From contig DATNLV010000228.1 of assembly GCA_035602665.1 (NCBI GenBank), positions 1 through 50,630 of the forward strand: a DNA stretch of 50,630 bases, given 5' to 3'. Shown one piece after another: positions 25,047 through 32,162 of the stretch (positions are counted from its first letter, which is position 1; every line of letters begins with the position of its first letter). The stretch is from Bryobacteraceae bacterium (GTDB lineage Bacteria > Acidobacteriota > Terriglobia > Bryobacterales > Bryobacteraceae). The translations under genes and the position numbers were made by a program. The notes under the pieces are model-generated. The model saw only the letters and a list, made by a program, of their open reading frames with translations, was not told where the DNA came from and searched no databases.

Positions 25047-25488
25047 CGGCTCCCTTCGGCATCGAGGGATTCAGGCCCAGATCCAGAATCTGGAGGACCT
25101 CGCAAACTTTGCGCACCAGCGTCTGGGCACGGAACGGTTTGGACAGGAACGCGGCGGACGCGTGCAACCCGGTCTCCGCGGCTCCGGACATGAAGAGCGT
25201 TCTGGTCTCAGGATGTCGCTGGTTGAACCTGCGGTGCAGTTCGTGGCCGTCCAAACGCGGCATTTCGATGTCGGTCACGAGCAGGTGAATTGGCCCGGGG
25301 TGCTGCGTCGCAATTTCCAGCGCGTGGACGCCATCGACGGCTTCGAGCACACGACATCCGTGCGTCTGGAGAACTTGCCCGACGGTCGCCCGCACATCGG
25401 GCTCGTCGTCGGCGACCAGGACCGTCAAGTCGCTCCGTTCGCCGGCGCCCTCGAAGGCGCCCGCCGGCTGCCGCATACCCAAGGCCAT
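25039..25488 (-). CDS. Stand-alone response-regulator receiver (REC) protein
   Basis: LVADDEPDVR...LLVTDIEMPRLDG...LFMSG...SKPF carries the complete receiver signature with no output domain. I prefer the ATG at 25488 (GGAG upstream); the ORF-track maximum start is 25560. Confidence 0.8.
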   Translation of the reverse strand: MALGMRQPAGAFEGAGERSDLTVLVADDEPDVRATVGQVLQTHGCRVLEAVDGVHALEIATQHPGPIHLLVTDIEMPRLDGHELHRRFNQRHPETRTLFMSGAAETGLHASAAFLSKPFRAQTLVRKVCEVLQILDLGLNPSMPKGAGD

Positions 25489-25736
25489 GAGGACTCCACG
25501 AACCTGTCTGGCCAAATGGCCGCGCAGGACCGCCCGGATGGCCTCCGCCCAGGGAGGCACACGATCCGGCTGAGGAACGCTGCCCGAGAGGACATCTCGC
25601 CGGGCGCGGCGTCGCTCAAGAAACCTGTCTGGCTAGAATGGTAGCCCTCGCGTGCGGTGGGGGGAACTGGGCAAATACCTAGTTTTCAGAGCGAAGCGCG
25701 TGCCCTCGTGGCGTCACACGATGGAGCCCGCCGGGT

Positions 25737-26132
25737 CTAGCGCGTGGCTAACTTTCTCTCAAGAACCTCGCTCACCTTGCGCAACAGGTCCCGGCCGGCG
25801 AAAGGCTTGGGCAAGAACGGAGTACCTCGGGCCAGTCCGGTGTTCGACTGGCCTGACATGAACAGCGTTCTTGTCTCCGGACGCCGGTCGCTCAGCCTGC
25901 GGCTTAGTCCGCGGCCATTCAGGCGGGGCATTTCGATGTCGGTCAGCAACAGGTCGATCAGCCCTGAGTGCTGCGCGGCCACATCCAGCGCATCGACGCC
26001 GTCGACAGCCTGGAGCACTTGATATCCGGTCCTGTGGAGAAATTCGGCGACGAAGGCCCGCACCTCTGGCGCATCGTCGGCAACCAGAATCGTCCGGCCC
26101 GATTTGCGGACGCATGACGGCGAAGTGGACAT
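25737..26132 (-). CDS. Stand-alone response-regulator receiver (REC) protein, tandem paralogue
   Basis: ILVADDAPEVR...LLLTDIEMPRLNG...LFMSG...PKPF, very similar to the 25039-25488 product. ATG at 26132 is preceded by AAGAGGAG; the ORF-track maximum start is 26249. Confidence 0.8.
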   Translation of the reverse strand: MSTSPSCVRKSGRTILVADDAPEVRAFVAEFLHRTGYQVLQAVDGVDALDVAAQHSGLIDLLLTDIEMPRLNGRGLSRRLSDRRPETRTLFMSGQSNTGLARGTPFLPKPFAGRDLLRKVSEVLERKLATR

Positions 26133-26363
26133 CCGGACTCCTCTTTTGTACAGCCGGACGGCCTCGCCGCCCTTAGTGGGCAAGGCCGTCCGCACTGCCC
26201 CGCCCAGGGGAAGCCAGCCGCTTGTCCGCAGAGCGCGACGCTCATCCACAGGGCATGGCGGCGCTCAAGACTTGTCAAAGGAGAATAGTAGCTTGTAAGC
26301 GGTAAAGGCGTAACTGGGCAAACGACTAGACCCCTGGGGAAGCTCCGATGGGGGTGTCGCGCC

Positions 26364-27005
26364 TCAGGTGCCGACGAGGCCGTGTTCCAGCGCGTACTTG
26401 GTGAGTTCGGCCGTGCTACGGAGTCCCAGTCTCCGCATCACGTTCGATTTGTGAAATGCCACGGTCTTTGCGGAGATATTGAGTATCCTTGCAATCTCTT
26501 TGACGGGATGCCCTTCCGCCACCAGCTGCACAATCTCCCGCTGCCGCTCCGTGAGTTCGCCGGAGGCCTCTCCGGGCCAGAGCGGTGAACCGGGCGCATC
26601 TCCCAGGATGTCTTTTCTGACCAGCGGCGTGATGTAGGTGTGGCCTTTGAGTACCTCCTGGATGGCGGACACCAGTTCCATAGAGGCGCATCGCTTCAAG
26701 ACATACCCTGACGCACCCGCGCGGAAGGCCCCGGTCACGTAAGTGGCATCCGCGTGCATGGTCACGAAAATCAACTTGGCGGCCGGCACGGTCTGGCGTA
26801 ATTTGCGGGCGGCTTCGACGCCATTCAGGAGCGGCATCGAGATATCCAGCAGGATAATGTCTGGCTTCAATCGCTCGGCTGCCTCCAACAGCGAGCGGCC
26901 GTCTTCCACGGCTCCCACCACCTCGCACTCCGGTTCCAGTATCCTGCGGAGACCATCGATGACCAGCATGTGGTCGTCCGCGAGCAGAACGCGCGGCCGG
27001 CTCAC
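26364..27005 (-). CDS. NarL/FixJ (LuxR-HTH) family response regulator
   Basis: 213 aa. REC (VLLADDH...ILLDISMPLLNG...) plus LuxR HTH (LTERQREIVQLVAEGHPVKEIARILNISAKTVAFHKSNVMRRLG). GTGA overlap with the kinase gene. Confidence 0.95.
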   Translation of the reverse strand: MSRPRVLLADDHMLVIDGLRRILEPECEVVGAVEDGRSLLEAAERLKPDIILLDISMPLLNGVEAARKLRQTVPAAKLIFVTMHADATYVTGAFRAGASGYVLKRCASMELVSAIQEVLKGHTYITPLVRKDILGDAPGSPLWPGEASGELTERQREIVQLVAEGHPVKEIARILNISAKTVAFHKSNVMRRLGLRSTAELTKYALEHGLVGT

Positions 27006-30000
27006 GATGCCACCCTGTTCAACGGGACGCGCACGTCGATCTCGGTGCCATGACCCGCCCTGGATTGGATCGAAACGCTTCCCCCGACCAGGCGCACACG
27101 TTCGCGAATGCCAACGATGCCAAGCCCTTTCTGATCCGGCAGCAGGTCGGGGTCGAAGCCCTCTCCCTTGTCGATCACGGAAAGGACCAGGCCCTTTTTG
27201 TCTCCTCGAAGCGCGAGGGTTGCCTCGTTAGCGCCGGAATGCTTGGCGATGTTGTGCAGACACTCTTGCGCGACGCGATAGAGGCACAAGGAGACGTCGA
27301 AGGGAATGGATGCCGGCACGCCGCGGTGCGTGAACTTGAGCCGGATCGGATACAGCTTGGAGAAATCGGGGCAGTAGGCATCCAGCGCTGCGACCAGGCC
27401 GAAGTGCTCCAGGGACGAGGGGTGGAGCTGATGCGCCGCGCGCCGGAGGTCGTCCGAAAGTTGTTCGACGCGCTCACGCAGCGATCGAAGCTGGTCGCGG
27501 ACCAGATCGGGCGAGCCAGGCAGGTCCCGCTCCAACAAGTTGACCTCGTTCGCCAGCATGGCCATTCGCTGGTTCATGTCGTCATGCAGCTCACGGGCCA
27601 GGCGTTTGCGCTCTTCTTCCTGTGTCGTGAACAGGCTCGCCGTCAGCCTCCGGAGTTCCTCCTGGCTCTGGCGCAGCGCGTCTTCCGCCATCTTGCGCGC
27701 GGTGATGTCGAGGCCGGTGCTGATGATGTGGATGACGGAACCGTCCGCGGCGTGGTGCGCCAGACTCGACCATGCGATGACGCGGCGCGATCCGTCTTTG
27801 CGGATCCAGCAATTCTCGTAACGGGCCGCCGTCTCCACACCATCGCGCAGCGCCGCGAACACATTCTCCGACTCATCGACTTCCTCCGGTGCGAGCAGAA
27901 AGTCGCCGAGCCGTCGGTTCTTCACCTCCTCGAAGGAAAACCCCGACGTTTCCTGGCAGGCGGCGTTGAAGCCGGTGATGGTGCCATCGGGATGGCGCAC
28001 CACGATCAGGGCGCCGGAGAGATCGAGCAGGGCGGCCGAGAGGTCTCTGGCGGCGACCGCTTCATCGCGGGACAACCGCACCAGCTCCAGGCCGCGCTTC
28101 ATCACGTCGATATCCAGGAGCGCCATCAGCACGCCGGCAGTCCTGTTGCCGGCCGTCGTGTGCGGCCTCATGCGAAGGGAGTACCAACGCCCATCCCGCC
28201 CCTGCACGTCTCGTTCGACCGGGCTGGCTTTGTCGATCACTTCCGAGATCAGACGGTCCAGTTCGGGAGCGTTGATGTTGGGCTTGAGGTCGCTGATGGG
28301 CCGGCCCACGTCCCCGGGGATCAGGTTCAGCAGCTTTTCCGCCGCCGGCGTGAAGCGCCGGATTCGCCGGTCGGCTCCCAGGATGACGATCGGGATGTCG
28401 ACCCCCACCAGCAGATTGCTGAGATCGTCGGCGAGCTGGCCCAGTTCCGCGTTCCGATTCTGCAGTTCCTCGTTCAGCGTCGTCAGTTCTTCGTTCGAGG
28501 ACTGGAGTTCTTCCTTGGCGGTCTCCAGCTCCTCGTTGGTGGCTTCCTGGCTTTCGATGATCGACTGCAACTGTTCGCGGGTGGATGCCAGCTCGTGACT
28601 CAGCACCGCGAACTGCTCGGCATCCCTGGCCCGGCTCGGTTTGCCCGATCCTTTCCGCCCGGCCTGCTCGATCAGAATCAGGAAGTCCGGCCACTTGGCG
28701 CGACGCCCGTTGATCGGGACCACCTCCACATCGACCGTTTCGGAACCGCTCTCATGGTCGAGGCGGATCCCTTCCCGCCGGACCGGAACCTTCTCCTTTT
28801 TCGCCTTGTGGAGCGCCGCGCGCAGGTCCAGCACCAGGCCCTGGCGGACGAGCTTGAAGAGGTGGAGGCTGGCCGCACCCGTCGCAGGTTGCAGGTACGA
28901 GCCGGTGTTTCCCTGGAAGTGAATGACGTGCAGGTCAGCGTCCACCACCAGCGCCGCGAGTTCGTGCCGCTGCCAGACCAGACGCTCCACCGCCTTCTGC
29001 AACTCAGGCACGGCGTCCGTTTCCGCCCGTGCGCTCTCGCGTGCCGGAGTCTCTCCCCGATCCCTGGCGGCCAATCCCGACGGCATCGCGGCCGGGACCG
29101 GATTCGGCGAATAGACCTTGTTCTTGCGCTCGACCAGGCTGAACAGGCGCGCGGACGGCCCGATGGTTTCCGACTCGCCCAGCATCAGAAAGCCACTCGG
29201 ACGGAGAGCGTAGTGGAAGATCGACAGCACCCGCTTCTGCAGGATGGGTCCCATGTAGATCAGGACGTTGCGGCAACTGATCAGATCGAGCCGGGAGAAC
29301 GGGGGATCCTGGCCGAGGTCGTGCCGGGCGAACACGCAACGATCACGGACCGCCTTGTCGATCCGGTAATTCGCTCCGACCTTCGCGAAGAAGCGCGCCA
29401 GGCGCTTCGGCGAGACCCCTGCCACGGCGGCTTCGGAGTAGGTGCCCAGCCTGGCTCTGTCGAGTGCGGAGGTGCTGATGTCCGTCGCGAAAATCTGACA
29501 GCGCGTGTCGTCGGCCCGGTGGTCCAGAAATTCCAGGAGTGCGATCGCGATCGAGTAGACCTCTTCCCCCGTGGAACAACCTGGCACCCAGATCCGGATC
29601 GGCTCGCCTTGCGATCCGCTCGCCAGCAGCTTCGGAAAGACGTTGCGGCGCAGCGCGGCGAAGGCTTGCGGTTCCCGGAAGAAGCTGGTCACGTGAATCA
29701 GGAGGTCCTGGCCAAGCGCTTGCGCCTCGGCGGGGTTCCGCTCGATGTCCGACGCATACTGTTCCAGACTCTTTGCCTTCTGGACGACCATACGGCGGGC
29801 GACCCGGCGCCGGATGGTGCCGGGCTTGTACAGACTGAAGTCCACGCCGGTGGCGCTTCGCAGCGCGTGGAGAATTCTGACGAGACTCTCCGAACCTTCA
29901 ACGGGCTCCGGCTCCCCGGTCGCCGGCGCGGGTGAGCGCGAGAGCCGGAGAAGTTCGCGCGCCATGGCCGCGGGAGGCAGGACGAAGTCGACGCAACCTG

Positions 30001-30547
30001 CCGCGATCGCGCTCTCGGGCATGCCGGGGTAGGAGGCCGACTTCGGGTCCTGCGCAAAGGCAATGCCGCCCTCCGCCTTGACGGCTTCGAGGCCCGCCGT
30101 CCCGTCGGAGCCCGTTCCCGACAGGATGATGCCGATGGCTCCGCCGGCCTGATCCTCCGCCAGAGACTTCAGGAACCGGTCAACGGGCATGTGCTTAGCG
30201 GCCTGCTCCCGGGACGAGAGTCGCAGCGCCCCACGACGGAGTGTCACGTCGCGATCCGGAGGAATCACGTAGACATGATGCGGCTCTAGAGCGATGCCGT
30301 CTTCAGCCTGGGTGACGGCCATCCTGGTCGCTCGCGACAGGAGTTCGCGCAACAGGCTCTGGTGATGGGGATCGAGGTGCTGGACCACCACGAAAGCCAT
30401 CTCCAAGTCGGCCGGCAAGGCTTTCAGCAGCGCCGTGCAGGCCTCCAGACCGCCCGCCGATGCACCGATCCCCACGACGGGAAACGGGAGCCTGGGCCCT
30501 ACGCCGGCGTCCGGGGGCTTCGGCGATTTGGAGTTCACTCGGGCCAC
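27002..30547 (-). CDS. Hybrid CheB-methylesterase / CheR-methyltransferase / coiled-coil / PAS / HisKA_3 histidine kinase
   Basis: 1181 aa, GTG start after GGAGGAGGA. CheB-like VVGIGASAGGLEA...VVQHLDP. CheR-like IWVPGCSTGEEVYSIA...CRNVLIYM. Coiled-coil LETAKEELQSSNEELTTLNEELQNRN. PAS regions. HisKA_3 box LARELHDDMNQ. HATPase_c GLGIVGIRERV. Confidence 0.95.
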   Translation of the reverse strand: MARVNSKSPKPPDAGVGPRLPFPVVGIGASAGGLEACTALLKALPADLEMAFVVVQHLDPHHQSLLRELLSRATRMAVTQAEDGIALEPHHVYVIPPDRDVTLRRGALRLSSREQAAKHMPVDRFLKSLAEDQAGGAIGIILSGTGSDGTAGLEAVKAEGGIAFAQDPKSASYPGMPESAIAAGCVDFVLPPAAMARELLRLSRSPAPATGEPEPVEGSESLVRILHALRSATGVDFSLYKPGTIRRRVARRMVVQKAKSLEQYASDIERNPAEAQALGQDLLIHVTSFFREPQAFAALRRNVFPKLLASGSQGEPIRIWVPGCSTGEEVYSIAIALLEFLDHRADDTRCQIFATDISTSALDRARLGTYSEAAVAGVSPKRLARFFAKVGANYRIDKAVRDRCVFARHDLGQDPPFSRLDLISCRNVLIYMGPILQKRVLSIFHYALRPSGFLMLGESETIGPSARLFSLVERKNKVYSPNPVPAAMPSGLAARDRGETPARESARAETDAVPELQKAVERLVWQRHELAALVVDADLHVIHFQGNTGSYLQPATGAASLHLFKLVRQGLVLDLRAALHKAKKEKVPVRREGIRLDHESGSETVDVEVVPINGRRAKWPDFLILIEQAGRKGSGKPSRARDAEQFAVLSHELASTREQLQSIIESQEATNEELETAKEELQSSNEELTTLNEELQNRNAELGQLADDLSNLLVGVDIPIVILGADRRIRRFTPAAEKLLNLIPGDVGRPISDLKPNINAPELDRLISEVIDKASPVERDVQGRDGRWYSLRMRPHTTAGNRTAGVLMALLDIDVMKRGLELVRLSRDEAVAARDLSAALLDLSGALIVVRHPDGTITGFNAACQETSGFSFEEVKNRRLGDFLLAPEEVDESENVFAALRDGVETAARYENCWIRKDGSRRVIAWSSLAHHAADGSVIHIISTGLDITARKMAEDALRQSQEELRRLTASLFTTQEEERKRLARELHDDMNQRMAMLANEVNLLERDLPGSPDLVRDQLRSLRERVEQLSDDLRRAAHQLHPSSLEHFGLVAALDAYCPDFSKLYPIRLKFTHRGVPASIPFDVSLCLYRVAQECLHNIAKHSGANEATLALRGDKKGLVLSVIDKGEGFDPDLLPDQKGLGIVGIRERVRLVGGSVSIQSRAGHGTEIDVRVPLNRVAS

Positions 30548-30640
30548 TTCCTCCTCCGCTGCAAAGTTATTCTTGGCTCCGTCAGGAGTGCCATGTCAAG
30601 CAGGATGGGAAGCGCAGCCGGGTCGAGCATGGGCGGCGGG

Positions 30641-30676
30641 GCGGGGCTGAAGACCCGCGCGGGCTGAAGCCCGCCC
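30641..30676. repeat. Hairpin repeat, family A copy
   Basis: GGGGCT-GA-AGACCC (one stem mismatch) followed by GCGGGCT-GA-AGCCCGC. It lies upstream of the hybrid kinase gene. Confidence 0.6.
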
Positions 30677-30819
30677 TCCTATACAACGCAGTCTGAGTGA
30701 CGTATCATAGTAGATGAGTCGAGCGTTTCTACTCCCTCTTCGGGCTGCCTGAACTAAGTCAGACCACCTGGACTTATTTTCCTTAGGTAAGTCCCTGCCG
30801 GCAGCGAGGTGCAAAACAG

Positions 30820-31131
30820 ATGCCATTTCGGAATTGTTTTGCGCGAACCTTCAAGGCCGCGGTGGTCTTGAGAGAAGCCCCGCCCTATTCTGGAGTCTAC
30901 GGCCTTTCAAACGCCCTGGGGTGGATCTACGTGGGGGAAACCGACGACATTCAGGCTCAACTCCTCGATCTGCTGAAGGAGCCACGCACCTTCGCGGCAA
31001 ACGGAGTGCCCACGGGATTCAGCTTCGAGCTTTCCTCTCCCAATGAGCGGGTCGCTCGCCAGCGCCAGATTGTTTTGGAATTCGATCCGCCCGGCAATGG
31101 CGGATCAAGATCGACACGGAAGGAGTATTGA
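30820..31131 (+). CDS. Hypothetical protein with degenerate GIY-YIG-like motifs
   Basis: 103 aa. GAGGTG RBS. SGVYGL...GWIYVGETDDI...ERVARQRQIVLEFDPPGN resembles GIY / YIG / E...N spacing, but the usual Arg/His are not evident. The 5-prime part is about 50 % GC. Confidence 0.5.
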   Translation: MPFRNCFARTFKAAVVLREAPPYSGVYGLSNALGWIYVGETDDIQAQLLDLLKEPRTFAANGVPTGFSFELSSPNERVARQRQIVLEFDPPGNGGSRSTRKEY

Positions 31132-31616
31132 TGGTCACTTACTACGCCCTATGGCGCACGACGCATCTGCTTTGTGAGGCTGGTCTGCGCGATCAGGCTC
31201 TACTGTGCTTAGTCGCCAGGGTGCCCTTCAGTTCGCCGTCGGATCGCGACATCGTGGCGATTTCCGAGAGGGGAGCGGATAGTTGCGTGATCGCGCTGGA
31301 CGAGAATCTGCTGTGGTGCCGGCTTGCGGTCCCCCAGGCGGAGCGAATCCTGCGCATGCTGCGGTCCGGGGAGCTCGCCTTGTGCGTCCGCTCCTTTGAA
31401 CCGAACAGCACGCAAGTCCTGTCCGGAGCGCGCGCCCGGCTCATGCCCGTCGAGGAGGCGCCCCTGGCCGGCCTGCCGGCCGCTCGCCGTCAGCCCGCGG
31501 GCGGTTTCACGACGCCGCACCACATCCGTGCAAGCTTGAAGATCGGCCCGGAGGCCAACATCACAGAACTCCGGCACGTGCTTGGCGGACTCAGTGGAGC
31601 GCACGCCGTCGTGTAG
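31131..31616 (+). CDS. Hypothetical protein (no recognisable domain)
   Basis: 161 aa. AGGAG lies 5 nt upstream. The ATG shares its A with the TGA of the preceding gene (translational coupling). A hairpin terminator follows. Confidence 0.5.
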   Translation: MVTYYALWRTTHLLCEAGLRDQALLCLVARVPFSSPSDRDIVAISERGADSCVIALDENLLWCRLAVPQAERILRMLRSGELALCVRSFEPNSTQVLSGARARLMPVEEAPLAGLPAARRQPAGGFTTPHHIRASLKIGPEANITELRHVLGGLSGAHAVV

Positions 31617-31631
31617 CGTGCCAGAAACACA

Positions 31632-31682
31632 CTACTCGGCCCGGACACCCCGCGTCAGACGCCAGGGTGTCGAGCCGAGTAG
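31632..31682. terminator. Bidirectional stem-loop terminator between convergent genes
   Basis: CTACTCGGC-CCGGACACCC...GGGTGTC-GA-GCCGAGTAG forms a long imperfect hairpin. It is followed by CTTTT on the + strand and by TGTGTTTCT on the - strand. Confidence 0.5.
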
Positions 31683-31696
31683 CTTTTAAGAAGGTC

Positions 31697-32020
31697 CTAC
31701 CAGCGCTTGCCGCCGCGGCCACCACCGCCGCCGCCGCCGCCGCGATAGCCGCCCCCGCCGCCGCCGGAGCGTTCGGTCTTGGGACGAGCTTCGTTGACGT
31801 TGAGATCTCTCCCACCGAGCTCGCGGCCGTTGAGGGCAGCGATGGCCCTGTCGCCTTCGGCATCGTCCGTCATCTCGACAAATCCGAAGCCGCGGGGTTG
31901 CCCCGTATCGCGATCCGTCACGATGCTAACGCGTTGAACTGTTCCATGGGCCTCGAACAAGGCGCGAAGCGCCTCTTCCGTGGTCCCAAAACTGAGGTTT
32001 CCAACAAATATGTTCTTCAT
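31697..32020 (-). CDS. RRM-type RNA-binding protein with Gly/Arg-rich tail
   Basis: 107 aa. RNP2 IFVGNL, RNP1 RGFGFVEM. C-terminal [23 protein letters not shown]. Confidence 0.95.
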   Translation of the reverse strand: MKNIFVGNLSFGTTEEALRALFEAHGTVQRVSIVTDRDTGQPRGFGFVEMTDDAEGDRAIAALNGRELGGRDLNVNEARPKTERSGGGGGGYRGGGGGGGGRGGKRW

Positions 32021-32162
32021 CTAGGGTTATCCTTTTCCGATTTGACGGCGGGCGAATTGGGCAGACGTGAGCGCGAAACGCAGATGGGTCTTACCGTGAA
32101 TTGGCGGGATCGATCAAATCAGTTTCGAGTTTAACACAGACTAGGGCCTCCGCGCGCCTATT

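Noticed and set aside
25664-25688. TTTGCCCAG block upstream of both receiver genes as a sigma-54 promoter. Also the TGGCAC at 30581-30600 upstream of the hybrid kinase.
   Set aside because: The GG-to-GC spacing does not fit -24/-12 geometry in either receiver leader. The TGGCAC upstream of the kinase is followed by ACGG instead of TTGC at the -12 position.
21732-26249. RiPP-type cluster (radical SAM enzymes modifying a small precursor peptide)
   Set aside because: I found no convincing small ORF with an RBS next to the rSAM genes. The only short ORFs in the spacers (for example 25425-25619) are Arg/Ser-rich and overlap the duplicated non-coding leader. There is no protease or ABC exporter nearby.
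27050-29935. 961-aa plus-strand ORF opposite the CheB-CheR-PAS kinase. Similar long antisense ORFs occur at 19512-21608, 21846-23345, 23586-25034, 37997-39469 and 47364-49127.
   Set aside because: All lie antisense to genes with strong domain signatures. All have Arg/Gly/His/Asp-rich, motif-free translations. I interpret them as stop-codon-poor antisense frames, not genes.
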